From contig JAZDGQ010000026.1 in the NCBI GenBank assembly GCA_043806835.1, positions 3,804 to 67,803 on the forward strand: DNA of 64,000 nucleotides, in the 5' to 3' direction. Positions 8,795 through 18,642 of the stretch are shown in pieces. This DNA is from Pseudomonadota bacterium. GTDB taxonomy: Bacteria > Pseudomonadota > Alphaproteobacteria > Micavibrionales > UBA2020. The notes below the pieces were generated by a model that made no database searches, was not told the DNA's origin, and saw only the letters and a program-made list of their open reading frames with translations. The position numbers and the translations under genes were made by a program. Position 1 is the first letter of the stretch. Each line of letters begins with the position of its first letter.

Positions 8795-10498
8795 ATGATC
8801 AACGTGAGAATGCAGAACCAGAATAACCGCCTGAAGCCGCGCATCACCGTCGTCGGCGTCGGCGGAGCTGGCGGGAATGCGGTCAATAACATGATCAATT
8901 CGCATCTTGAAGGCTGCGAGTTCCTTGTCTGCAACACGGACGCGCAGGCTCTGGAAGGCAACAATTCCACGCACAAGATACAGCTCGGCGTCAATGTGAC
9001 CCGGGGACTTGGCGCCGGAGCCAATCCAGAGATCGGACGCGCCGCCGCCGAGGAAAGCATCGATGAAATCATGTCGATCCTCGAGGGATCCAACATGGTC
9101 TTCGTCACCGCCGGCATGGGCGGCGGCACGGGAACCGGCGCGGCGCCCGTCATCGCGCAGGCTGCGCGGGAGGGAGGCATCCTCACCGTGGGCGTGGTCA
9201 CCAAGCCCTTCCATTTCGAGGGAACGCACCGCATGAAGCTGGCGGAGGCCGGCATCTCCGAGCTGCAGAAGCATGTCGATACGCTCATTATCATCCCGAA
9301 CCAGAACCTGTTCCGCATCGCCAACGAAAAAACAACCTTCTCCGACGCCTTCAAGATGGCCGACGAAGTGCTGCAATCGGGCGTGCGCGGCGTGACGGAT
9401 CTGATGATTATGCCGGGTCTCATCAATCTCGACTTCGCCGACATCCGCGCCGTCATGGCCGAGATGGGCAAGGCGATGATGGGGACGGGCGAAGCCGCAG
9501 GCGACCGCCGCGCGGTGGAAGCGGCGGAAGCGGCCATCTCCAATCCTCTGCTTGACGATATCTCCATGAAAGGCGCGCGTGGCGTGCTCATCAACATCAC
9601 CGGCGGCCTCGACATGACCCTGTTCGAGGTCGACGAGGCGGCCAACCGCATCCGGGACGAGGTCGATCAGGATGCCAACATCATTTTCGGCTCCACCTTC
9701 GACGAGTCCATGGAAGGCAAGATGCGTGTTTCCGTCGTGGCGACCGGCATCGAGGTCAATGCGTCCATTCAGGCGCGGCCATTGCACATGGCCGCCGCAT
9801 CGGCGGAACCGTCCCGCCGTTCCGCCGCCGTCCTCTCCGCCAAGCCGTCGCCGGCGGGGATACAGGGGCATCCTGTTTATGACAGGGCCGGAATGACGGG
9901 CGGACGCCAGGATTTCGGCGTCGGCGGCATTCCTTCTTCCATTCTGCCATCGTACGCGGGGCGACACGCGGTGCAACCGATGGCGGCGGCGGCGCACACG
10001 ATGACGCGGCCTCCGGAACCGAAAATGACGATGGGACACGCGGCTTCCGTTTCCTACGCCGCCACGGCCACGGCGCGCAAGCTGGACGGGGAGGACGTCG
10101 CCGCCGCCGGGGACGCCGGTTCCGAACCGGTGCAAGCGTCCGCGCAGACTCTCCAGCGCCCGGCGCAGACGTTCATGTCGCAGCCGCGCGCGGAACGCCA
10201 TGGCAACAGCTTCATTCCTCCGAAGCCGGTCGATCCGAGGGTGACGTCAGGTGGGGCGGATCTGTTCGGGGAAACGTCCGTCTCCGCACTCCCGCGGGCT
10301 CCGCAGGCTGCGGAAAAGCAGGTGAAGAAATCGCCTTCCCTTTTCGAGCGGTTTACGATGCAGCGGCTCGAAACGTCGCCCGTTCTTCCTCCTCCCCGCG
10401 CTCCATCGTCCGCGCCGAAACTCTCGGTGGAAGCCGGCGGCAAGAAAACAGAGGACGATCTGGATATTCCGGCCTTCCTCCGTCGTCAGGCCAACTGA
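8795..10498 (+). CDS. ftsZ: cell division protein FtsZ (long C-terminal linker)
   Basis: [13 protein letters not shown] and the tubulin signature [11 protein letters not shown]; C-terminal peptide [13 protein letters not shown]; GGAGGAAG RBS. Confidence 0.97.
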   Translation: MINVRMQNQNNRLKPRITVVGVGGAGGNAVNNMINSHLEGCEFLVCNTDAQALEGNNSTHKIQLGVNVTRGLGAGANPEIGRAAAEESIDEIMSILEGSNMVFVTAGMGGGTGTGAAPVIAQAAREGGILTVGVVTKPFHFEGTHRMKLAEAGISELQKHVDTLIIIPNQNLFRIANEKTTFSDAFKMADEVLQSGVRGVTDLMIMPGLINLDFADIRAVMAEMGKAMMGTGEAAGDRRAVEAAEAAISNPLLDDISMKGARGVLINITGGLDMTLFEVDEAANRIRDEVDQDANIIFGSTFDESMEGKMRVSVVATGIEVNASIQARPLHMAAASAEPSRRSAAVLSAKPSPAGIQGHPVYDRAGMTGGRQDFGVGGIPSSILPSYAGRHAVQPMAAAAHTMTRPPEPKMTMGHAASVSYAATATARKLDGEDVAAAGDAGSEPVQASAQTLQRPAQTFMSQPRAERHGNSFIPPKPVDPRVTSGGADLFGETSVSALPRAPQAAEKQVKKSPSLFERFTMQRLETSPVLPPPRAPSSAPKLSVEAGGKKTEDDLDIPAFLRRQAN

Positions 10499-10559
10499 CG
10501 GCATCCGGGCTTCTCTTAAAACGGGAGCCGGCGCTCGGGCGAACCGGCGTTAACATGAA

Positions 10560-11711
10560 TCAGATGGTCAACGCTGTTTTCACGGCGGCGGACGGCTTGC
10601 TTTGCAGCGCGGTTTTGACGTGCCGGGCCATCATCAGTTCCTCGTTGGTTTTGATGACGTAGACCTTCACGGCGCCGCCTTCCGCATGAATGTCGGGAGT
10701 GTTGGCTTCGTTTCTGGCCGGATCCGTCGTGACGCCGAGATGCTGGAGATGCGCGCAGATCTTCTGGCGAACTGTCGGTGAATTTTCCCCGATGCCAGCC
10801 GTGAAGACGAGCGCGTCCAGCCCTCCGATATCGACGGTCAGCGCCGCAATATGCTGTGCAGCCTTAAGACAGAAAAGATCAATCGCCTCCGCTGCTTCGG
10901 GCGTTTTACTCTTCTCCAGATCGCGCATGTCTCCCGTCTGTCCGGAGACGCCTTTCAGGCCGGACTGCTTGCTGAAAATCTCGTACACTTCCTGCGCCGT
11001 CATCCCCTTTTGTCCGATCAGGTACAACGGCACGCCAGGATCGATGTCCCCCGTGCGCGTGCCCATCATCAGGCCTCCCAGCGCCGTAAGGCCCATCGAG
11101 GTGGAAACGCTTTTGCCGTCCTTCATGGCGCACAGGCTGCAGCCGCTGCCGAGGTGCGCCACGACCACGCGGCCTTTCGCCGTTTCCGGCGCGTATTGGG
11201 GCAGGACGGAGGCGATATATTCGTAGGACAAGCCGTGAAAGCCGTAGCGGATGATCCCTTCGTCCGTCAGGGCGCGTGGAAGGGGGAAAAGCTGGTTCAG
11301 GCGCGGCCGCCCCTGGTGAAAGGCCGTGTCGAAGCAGGCCGTCTGCGGGAGGCCTGGATATTTCTCCAGCACGAGTCTGACCGTCATCAGGTTATGCGGC
11401 TGATGCAGTGGCGCCAGCGGCGTCAGCTCTTCCAGATCCGCCAGGACACGGGCGTCGATTTTCTGCGGCGCGGAATATTTCCTGCCGCCATGCACCACGC
11501 GATGCCCCACGCCGACGACGTTATTGTCGTCGATGAGCTTGAGGATGCCCTGAAACGCCGCTTCGTACCCGTCTTTGTCCTTTATCTCAATCGTCTTGCG
11601 CTTAAGGACGGACAGGTCGCCAGCCTTGTAGAGGGCATACTTTATCGTGGACGACCCCGCGTTGACGACCAGAATGGCGGGTTCCGGAGATTTTGCCGTC
11701 ATGGCCATCAC
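10560..11711 (-). CDS. ackA: acetate kinase
   Basis: VVNAGSSTIKYALY, HRVVHGG, GFHGLSYEY and FTAGIGENS motifs. There is a 4-nt overlap with the upstream pta-like gene. Confidence 0.9.
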   Translation of the reverse strand: MMAMTAKSPEPAILVVNAGSSTIKYALYKAGDLSVLKRKTIEIKDKDGYEAAFQGILKLIDDNNVVGVGHRVVHGGRKYSAPQKIDARVLADLEELTPLAPLHQPHNLMTVRLVLEKYPGLPQTACFDTAFHQGRPRLNQLFPLPRALTDEGIIRYGFHGLSYEYIASVLPQYAPETAKGRVVVAHLGSGCSLCAMKDGKSVSTSMGLTALGGLMMGTRTGDIDPGVPLYLIGQKGMTAQEVYEIFSKQSGLKGVSGQTGDMRDLEKSKTPEAAEAIDLFCLKAAQHIAALTVDIGGLDALVFTAGIGENSPTVRQKICAHLQHLGVTTDPARNEANTPDIHAEGGAVKVYVIKTNEELMMARHVKTALQSKPSAAVKTALTI

Positions 11712-12634
11712 CTCTTCAGTTGCTGTTTTTTTCTGGCATTGGCCAGCGCGAACTCCACTGAACGGATGCGTTCCTCCGGATCGGTAAAACGGCTGGTCAG
11801 GATGATCTCAATCCGCGCGCCGACAACGATGCCCGCGCCCTTCGCTCCGGAAAACTGCATCCTCGATTTCACAAAGATGTTGGCGGACTCCACATCTGGA
11901 AAAACAAAAATGTCCGCATCCCCGGCCACTTCGGATTCGACACCCTTAACCCGCGCAGAGTCTTTGGAAACGGCGAGGTCAAAACTGAGGGGGCCGTCCA
12001 CCGCTTTGGCTCCGGTGATCTGCTTGTGCAGGGCCATGACCATAAGCGCCGCTGCGTCCAGTGTCGCTTTCTGTTTCGGGTCGACATGTTCGCTCGCGGC
12101 CAGAATAGCCACCTTCGGCGCACGCCCTTCGACGATTCGGAAAAGATCGATGGCGTTTTGCACAATGTCTTTTTTTTCGGACAGTTCCAGCCCGGGGTGG
12201 TTCATCGCCGCATCGGTGACGTAGTAAACTTTGTGATAGTTCGGATCCATCACCCTGAAAACATGGCTCATGCGGCGGTCGGTGCGCAGGTTGTTTTCCT
12301 TGGCGACGATCGGCCCCAGAAATTCATCGGAGGCGAGGTCGCACTTCATCAGCGCTTCCACCTTGCCGTCCCGCGCAAGGTCCGCCGCTTTCTGGGCGGC
12401 GGCGTGGCTGTGCTCGGTTGGAATGAGTTCAAACTTCGAGATGTCAAGGCCTGCCTTGTCCGCCGCCGCCCTGATTTTCACTTCAGGTCCCACCAGAACG
12501 GGAATGATCAGTTTTGCGGTCACTGCATTGAAAACGCCCCGCAACGAATTCTCGTCCACCGGATGCACGATGGCGGTACGCAGAGGTTTCATGTCGGGGG
12601 TGATCTTGTCGAAGATGTTTTCCACGGGGTTCAT
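11708..12634 (-). CDS. phosphate acetyl/butyryl-transferase family protein (PTA_PTB)
   Basis: A ~300-aa short-form phosphotransacylase (VAILAASEHVDP, GPLSFDLAV, GDADIFVFPDVESANI). Coupled to ackA. Confidence 0.8.
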   Translation of the reverse strand: MNPVENIFDKITPDMKPLRTAIVHPVDENSLRGVFNAVTAKLIIPVLVGPEVKIRAAADKAGLDISKFELIPTEHSHAAAQKAADLARDGKVEALMKCDLASDEFLGPIVAKENNLRTDRRMSHVFRVMDPNYHKVYYVTDAAMNHPGLELSEKKDIVQNAIDLFRIVEGRAPKVAILAASEHVDPKQKATLDAAALMVMALHKQITGAKAVDGPLSFDLAVSKDSARVKGVESEVAGDADIFVFPDVESANIFVKSRMQFSGAKGAGIVVGARIEIILTSRFTDPEERIRSVEFALANARKKQQLKR

Positions 12635-12956
12635 CCTTCAGTTTGCGAAGCGTTCAGATTGAAAGGTTTTCTGTGGTCTGAACGCGAGAATTTTGACATA
12701 AGAATCATCGTTCTGTCAAGAATTTTGGTAGCGGGTCAGTTTGCTTTATGAAATTGTTATCCTGATATATCCGATTCAATCGCAATATGCCATACTTCAA
12801 ACATGGCAAAGAACCCAGCTATAAGGGGATATAACGGAAGAAATCCCTAAATCTGACACTGCCACGCGGTCAGACGGAGTCTTGGTTAGTACAAGCCGTG
12901 TAACAAACAATTAATCTTTCATCTTAATACAGAAAGATTTACGGGGATGTTATTTT

Positions 12957-15900
12957 ATGGGTTCATTTAGGAATTTGATTGTAAAACTCTTGGCGGGATT
13001 GGCGCTTCTTTGTTTTTCTCACACTTCGCACGCGAATGACGTTGTCGGCAAACTCGAGAACGCAAAGATAATCAGCGGCGTTGTAACGGGATCCGGAGTT
13101 GATAGCTATACGTTCGAGATTTCCAGGGGAAGCAGTTTTGTCGTCAGCGTCAGTGAGAAAGGCGCCCATGCCGCCAACTTCGTGCCCGGGCTGACGCTTA
13201 AAGGACCCGACAACAATCTGGCAGATGCAGGGGCGCAGGAGTTCTTCTACCGGTCAGTGGGCCTTAGTCCCGCGGAGGGAAAATGGACGGTAGAGGTCGG
13301 CCGGGGCGACGGCGGGAATAATGGGGGCGCTTATGAACTCAGGATGTTGCAGGCCCCGGCAAGGGAAGGAACGCCGCTGCAATTCGGCCAATCGTACGCG
13401 GGGAGCATCATGCGCGGGGCGGTTGATGTCTATAAGCTCGGCGCCGCGCCGGGCGACATGGGGCAGCTGGCCCTCGCATCCAAGGAAGGCGCCGGTTTTT
13501 CTCCCGAAGTCATGGTTTTCGGGCCAAGGGGCGAGATGGTCGGTGCCGGCGGCTGTACGGATAGTTGTAACATTGATTTGCAGCTGATGGCTCCCGGCAC
13601 TTACACAATCATGGTGTGGCGCAGAGACAAGAATGACACAAAGGGAAGCTATACCTTGTCCGTCAACATGCCCGACGGCACGCCCGGGTCGCCTGGATTT
13701 TCCAATAAGATCGTTGGCACGATCAAGAACGCAAAGGTGGTGACTGGCGCCGTAAAAGGGGCCGCGACCGACAGCTACACATTCAAAGTCGCCAGGGGCA
13801 GCAGTTTCATTGTCACTCTCAGCGAGAAAGGCGACCATACCGCCGGCTTTATCCCTGATCTGAAGATTTTCGGGCCCGACCACAATATTGCCGACGGCGG
13901 CGCGCAGGAGTTTTACATCAGGTTTCTGAAGCTGGAGCCGCAGGAAGGCGACTGGAGAGCAGAGGTCAGCCGGATAGATGGCGGGGAGACCGGCGGGAAT
14001 TACGAACTTCGGTTGCTTCAAGCCCCGGGCGCCAAGGGTACGCCGATGAAATTCGGGCAAACCTACACAGGCACCATTACGCGCGGCGAGATCGGTGTCT
14101 ATACCATCAGCGGTACACCGGATGTGCTGGGGCGCATCATCCTGATACCAAAGGAAGGGGCGGGGTTTACGCCCGAGGTCACGGTCTTCGCGCCCAATGG
14201 CGAGATAGCTACGGCTGCCGGCTGCACGGAGCGCTGTTACAGTGACTTGAATATGACGGAGCTCGGTGATTACACGGTCATGGTCGGGCGAAGCGACAAT
14301 AATGACGTCAAGGGCGTATACTCCATCTCCGTAGCACGGTCCGATGGCTGGATTGAAGAGCCGGTTGTGGACGCCGGCAGGATCCTCCAAAATATTTCCA
14401 TGCCGATTATGCCTCACGCCCTGCTTGCCATGAACCGGCGTGCAGACATTTATGTGCGCGGGATGTTCCTGACTTTTAGCCCGCATGCCCCCTTCGTGGA
14501 AAGCATGGAGAAGCTCAACGGAAACCCCCTGACGCTGCTGGCTTTGGGGGATCGTACATCTGACACGAAAAGCGCAATCTCCTACTGGAAGAGGGCTTCC
14601 GATCTGGGCAACGCCGACGCGCGAAACCGGCTGGGCATGGCTTACGCCAAATTTTACAAGGATAAGAAATACGAGTCCGCCGCATGGTACCGCCTTGTCG
14701 TCGATCAGGGCAAGGAAGATCCCGAGGTCGCGCGCGCCAATATGTTCCTGACCGGCGTCGGCGCAGGGCAGGATTTCGCGCAAGCCAAAAAGCTATACAG
14801 GCAGGCTGCCGAAAAAGGGGGCGCGGTCGCGCAATTCAACCTTGGCGCATTATATACGCTTGCTCTTGATACGCCGCCGGATTTTGCCGCGGCCGCGACA
14901 TGGTATGGCAAGGCTGCGGAACAGGGGCTTGTTGTCGCCCAGAACAACCTCGCCGAGCTTTACGAGCACGGCCAGGGCGTGAAGCAGGACGATGCCAATG
15001 CAGTGACATGGTACCTGAAAGCGGCTGAATCCGGCTATCCGCAGACTTTGTATAGTCTGGCAAAGCTTGCTGTAGCAGGGCGCGGTATGCCCAAGGATGC
15101 CGCAAAAGCGGCGGCATGGCTCAAGCTGGCGGCGGACGGCGGCCATGCGGATGCGCAAGTGGAGCTTGACGTACTGGAGGGCAGGACAACGCAGGCAGCC
15201 CAATCGTTGAAAAAGACGGCTGCGTCAGGAGACATGACAGCTTTACGCAAGCTGGCGGAGCTGTACCGCAAGGACGGTGTTCCCACGCAGGATTACGATG
15301 ACGTGCTGGAAATTTACAGGAATGCCTCGCGCGAGATAAACCCGCAGGCTTTCGCGGGACTCGCCGACCTGTTTGCGAAACAGGACCCGCCCGATTATTT
15401 CGAAGCCTATTTCTGGTACATCCTGGTGCCGGATGCGGCAAAGGCCGCGCAGATGCCGCCGGATGAAAAGGATGCGCTCGTCAAATATGCTTCGGCGGAG
15501 GCCGGAAAAATTGCCAAAAAACTGTCGCCTGAACAGGTGGCGGTTGCGAAATGGCGCATAGATGACCGGCATCCCCGGCCTCTGGACAAAGCCCGGGAAG
15601 CTGCCGCAGCTGTTTACATGCGCGCTGCGACGGCGTATAAAGCAGGAAAGTATGCAGACGTAATACTGTTTAACCTGCAGGCCGCGCATCAGGGTGTCCC
15701 GCGCTCTCAGCTTTCTCTGGGCCATATCTTCGAAGCCGGCACGGGCGGCGTATCACGGGACATTGATAAAGCGATCGGTTACTACAAACAATCGGTACGC
15801 GGCGGGCTGGCGGGAGGGGCCAAGAGAATCGGGGACTTGTACCGGTATGGAATCGGCGTCCCCCGCAATCTCGATATAGCTGCGCAATGGTATGAAATGG

Positions 15901-16601
15901 ATGCAAGCCGCGGCTATAAACCCGCGGTAGACATCCTGGGATTGATTTACCTGTCCGGGCTTCAGGGTAAAAAAGCGATTGCACTGTACGAAAAAGCCGC
16001 GGCGCGGGATGTGGGCGAAGCCAACGCCGCGCTGGGCATGATCTACCTCTACGGGGTGGGCGGCGTGCCAAGCGATATCGGGAAAGCACTGAAATGGTAC
16101 CTGAAGTCTGCCGATAAAGGTTATCCCGCCGGGGCGATCCAGGCGGCCTCGATCCTCAAGGATTACGAACCGCGCGATTACGGCCGCGCGCTCAAGCTTG
16201 TCAGCAGTTTCGGTACGCCGGTGGCCCTGAACAACAAGGCCTTCATGTATGAGCACGGGCTGGGCGTAAAAGAACAAGAGCAGATACAGGGATACGTCAA
16301 CCCGACCGCGATGGAGCTTTATAAAAAAGCCGCTGACATGTGCTATGGCCGCGCCATGTACAATATCGGGCGCTTATACGAAACCGGCGCCGATGCGCCA
16401 CATATTTCAGCGAAGCCCTTGAAAAAATCCCCCGCCGTAGCCCGCAAATGGATGGAGCGCGCCGCCCAATACGGGTCGGGAGCCGCAACCGTCTGGCTTG
16501 ACATGCGCGACCCCGCCTCAGGAAAACGCGTGGAGAAAATCCCGCAATCCGAGGCCACCTTTCCCCCGGAACCTTGTCCCAAGGAAGAGGAGAAAAAATG
16601 A
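12957..16601 (+). CDS. secreted 1214-aa protein: 4 PPC-like beta-sandwich domains (tandem duplicated pair) plus a long Sel1-repeat array
   Basis: Signal peptide LLCFSHTSHA|ND. PPC-like signatures (VDSYTFEISRGSSF...GAYELRML; PGTYTIMVW...GSYTLSV). More than 10 Sel1 units (AxWYxKAAExGxxxAQxNLGxxY). Confidence 0.8.
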   Translation: MGSFRNLIVKLLAGLALLCFSHTSHANDVVGKLENAKIISGVVTGSGVDSYTFEISRGSSFVVSVSEKGAHAANFVPGLTLKGPDNNLADAGAQEFFYRSVGLSPAEGKWTVEVGRGDGGNNGGAYELRMLQAPAREGTPLQFGQSYAGSIMRGAVDVYKLGAAPGDMGQLALASKEGAGFSPEVMVFGPRGEMVGAGGCTDSCNIDLQLMAPGTYTIMVWRRDKNDTKGSYTLSVNMPDGTPGSPGFSNKIVGTIKNAKVVTGAVKGAATDSYTFKVARGSSFIVTLSEKGDHTAGFIPDLKIFGPDHNIADGGAQEFYIRFLKLEPQEGDWRAEVSRIDGGETGGNYELRLLQAPGAKGTPMKFGQTYTGTITRGEIGVYTISGTPDVLGRIILIPKEGAGFTPEVTVFAPNGEIATAAGCTERCYSDLNMTELGDYTVMVGRSDNNDVKGVYSISVARSDGWIEEPVVDAGRILQNISMPIMPHALLAMNRRADIYVRGMFLTFSPHAPFVESMEKLNGNPLTLLALGDRTSDTKSAISYWKRASDLGNADARNRLGMAYAKFYKDKKYESAAWYRLVVDQGKEDPEVARANMFLTGVGAGQDFAQAKKLYRQAAEKGGAVAQFNLGALYTLALDTPPDFAAAATWYGKAAEQGLVVAQNNLAELYEHGQGVKQDDANAVTWYLKAAESGYPQTLYSLAKLAVAGRGMPKDAAKAAAWLKLAADGGHADAQVELDVLEGRTTQAAQSLKKTAASGDMTALRKLAELYRKDGVPTQDYDDVLEIYRNASREINPQAFAGLADLFAKQDPPDYFEAYFWYILVPDAAKAAQMPPDEKDALVKYASAEAGKIAKKLSPEQVAVAKWRIDDRHPRPLDKAREAAAAVYMRAATAYKAGKYADVILFNLQAAHQGVPRSQLSLGHIFEAGTGGVSRDIDKAIGYYKQSVRGGLAGGAKRIGDLYRYGIGVPRNLDIAAQWYEMDASRGYKPAVDILGLIYLSGLQGKKAIALYEKAAARDVGEANAALGMIYLYGVGGVPSDIGKALKWYLKSADKGYPAGAIQAASILKDYEPRDYGRALKLVSSFGTPVALNNKAFMYEHGLGVKEQEQIQGYVNPTAMELYKKAADMCYGRAMYNIGRLYETGADAPHISAKPLKKSPAVARKWMERAAQYGSGAATVWLDMRDPASGKRVEKIPQSEATFPPEPCPKEEEKK
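13035..14348 (+). repeat. intragenic tandem duplication (module 1 13035-13703; module 2 13704-14348)
   Basis: The two ~215-aa modules align without gaps. My hand count is about 113/210 identical residues. Confidence 0.85.
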
Positions 16602-18016
16602 AAAAAATGCGCGGAATTTTTATTTTGCTTCTGGTTTTTCCGTTGATGGCGATGATGACGCTTGCAAACCGCCCTGCCTTGGCCGATACGCGGGAGGCCG
16701 TTCTCAAGAGAACGGCGCTGAACAACGCCCACCGGGAGATGTTCGCGATCGGCGATTTTAAAAAGCTCGACAAAGGATTGAACCGGATCCAGCAGGAGTA
16801 TGAAGCAGGCAAGTGGACCGATTCTGAGCTGTGGAAGCTCTTTTACTTCCCTTTATCGGCAACCGATCCTGCATTCGAAGAGCTCTATAACAAATGGGTT
16901 TCCGCTTACCCGGCATCATACGCCGCACGCCAGGCGCGCGGGAAATATTTCTCCAACCGCGCGGTGGAAGTACTCCAGACAGTCAGGAAAATCGCCAAAG
17001 TCGAAAAAATAGACCAGATGCCGCCGGAAGAAGCGGCCAGGATGAAGCATTTCTTGGAGCTGTCGATCAAGGACGAGACCGCAAGCTTAAGCCTTGCCGC
17101 GAAGCCTTTACTGGCCTATTGCGACCTCATCGCCATGTACGCCTTTACCGGTGCTCCCGATACAAGCAGGAAAATGCTCGACGAGGCGAACAAAATCGCG
17201 CCCCTCAATGTGAGCGCGCGTCATCGGTATATGAGCGCGCTTGATGACTCGGGCGCAAATGTCGCCGACATGCGGAAAGTGGTGGAGGACGCCCGCAAAA
17301 GCGGCCTCGGCGAAGACGACATCAGCTCAATTGCCAGGCTTTTTCACGCCAGGCTATTAGAGGAAGCCAGGTACGAAGAGCTGGACAGGGAAATGACCTC
17401 AGTCCAGCAAGCCTACGAAAGCGGCAAAATCGACGATAAGACCCTTGAAGATTATTTTTCCATTTTCTCCAACTCCAACCCCGCGCATGCGGAAAAACAC
17501 AATGCCTGGGTAAAAGCCTATCCCCGCTCCTACGCCGCGCGGCAGGCGCGAGCCTTGTACTTTTTACGCACTGCCTGGCTCGCGCGTGGTGGAGGATATT
17601 TCAAGGACATGTCGCCTGAGGAAAGGAAGGGTTTGGAACTTTACATGAAACATGCCCAGGACGACAGCAAGGCCGCGGTGTCGCTGACGGCGAAACCGCT
17701 TCTCGCCTACGAGAGCATGCTTGCTATTTCAGAGGTGAACGGGTCGCACGAAACCTCTGATGCGCTGCTGGAGTTGGCAAATACTGTCGATCCCAAGAAT
17801 TCCGTTGTTCGCGCCCGCTATATGCATGCCTTGCAAACGAGGTGGGGCGGGAGCCTTGCACAAATGGAAAAATTCCTGGCACAGGCAAAGGCAGCGGGCA
17901 TTTCCGACAACAGACTAATGTACTTTGAAAACCTGATTGTGGAAGAGAAATTCTGGCTTTCCGAGCAGGCCGACAAAGCATATCCTGATCTGGGGGAACT
18001 GGTGACAGGTTTCTGA
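16598..18016 (+). CDS. secreted helical-repeat protein with two DUF4034-like halves
   Basis: ATGA overlap with the upstream stop. Signal peptide MKKMRGIFILLLVFPLMAMMTLANRPALA. Internal duplication (NKWVSAYPASYAARQARGKYF / NAWVKAYPRSYAARQARALYF). The family is assigned from recalled signature only. Confidence 0.6.
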   Translation: MKKMRGIFILLLVFPLMAMMTLANRPALADTREAVLKRTALNNAHREMFAIGDFKKLDKGLNRIQQEYEAGKWTDSELWKLFYFPLSATDPAFEELYNKWVSAYPASYAARQARGKYFSNRAVEVLQTVRKIAKVEKIDQMPPEEAARMKHFLELSIKDETASLSLAAKPLLAYCDLIAMYAFTGAPDTSRKMLDEANKIAPLNVSARHRYMSALDDSGANVADMRKVVEDARKSGLGEDDISSIARLFHARLLEEARYEELDREMTSVQQAYESGKIDDKTLEDYFSIFSNSNPAHAEKHNAWVKAYPRSYAARQARALYFLRTAWLARGGGYFKDMSPEERKGLELYMKHAQDDSKAAVSLTAKPLLAYESMLAISEVNGSHETSDALLELANTVDPKNSVVRARYMHALQTRWGGSLAQMEKFLAQAKAAGISDNRLMYFENLIVEEKFWLSEQADKAYPDLGELVTGF

Positions 18017-18035
18017 TGGGAGGCATCGTATTGAC

Positions 18036-18641
18036 ATGCGCATAGTCGACACCGGAAAAATTCTCATTGCGGGCATGGCTGCGTTGCTGCTTCTTGCAAC
18101 ATGCACCACGAAAGAAGTGCCTGAAGGATCGGAAGCCGATGCCGCCTATAACCTCGGCGTCAAATATTATAACAGCAGCGAGGGAAATATCGAGCGCGCC
18201 GTGGAATGGTTCCGCAGGGCTGCCGAACTGGGCTCCGCGAAGGGGCAATACCGGCTTGGCGCGGCCTACGAAACCGGAGAGGGCGTAAAAAAAGATTATG
18301 CAGAAGCCCTCAAATGGTACGGCCTTGCCGCCAGGCAAAAGGACAGGGATGCCCAGTGCGGCCTCGGCGGCCTGTATGCCAATGGTTACGGCGTCGAGCG
18401 TGACGACGCCGAAGCGGCCAAATGGTACAAACTGGCCGCCGAACGGGATGTCGCCCGGGCGCAATACGAGCTCGGGCTGCTCTATCTGGAGGGCCACGGC
18501 GTCACGCAGGATTACATAGAGGCTTATTTCTGGCTCGCGCTCGGCGCAAAGGCCTTTGACAGCGCCATGGAGAAACGCGATGAGGCCGCGACACACCTGA
18601 CGTATGAACAGTTGCAAGCAGTCCGGCTCCGCCTCAAATGA
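18036..18641 (+). CDS. Sel1-repeat lipoprotein
   Basis: Lipobox-like LLLATC. Four Sel1 units (AVEWFRRAAELGSAKGQYRLGAAYETGEGV...). Confidence 0.85.
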   Translation: MRIVDTGKILIAGMAALLLLATCTTKEVPEGSEADAAYNLGVKYYNSSEGNIERAVEWFRRAAELGSAKGQYRLGAAYETGEGVKKDYAEALKWYGLAARQKDRDAQCGLGGLYANGYGVERDDAEAAKWYKLAAERDVARAQYELGLLYLEGHGVTQDYIEAYFWLALGAKAFDSAMEKRDEAATHLTYEQLQAVRLRLK

Positions 18642-18642
18642 A

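Noticed and set aside
7380-10201. 464-aa and 476-aa minus-strand ORFs antisense to ftsA and ftsZ
   Set aside because: Same reasoning: low-complexity R/G/A/H composition opposite two unmistakable cell-division genes.
10851-12224. 457-aa plus-strand ORF antisense to ackA and pta
   Set aside because: Shadow ORF spanning two well-supported minus-strand genes. No motifs.
13254-14783. 509-aa minus-strand ORF inside the PPC/Sel1 gene
   Set aside because: It is antisense to a gene with a clear signal peptide, internal duplication and Sel1 periodicity. Composition is typical of an antisense frame.
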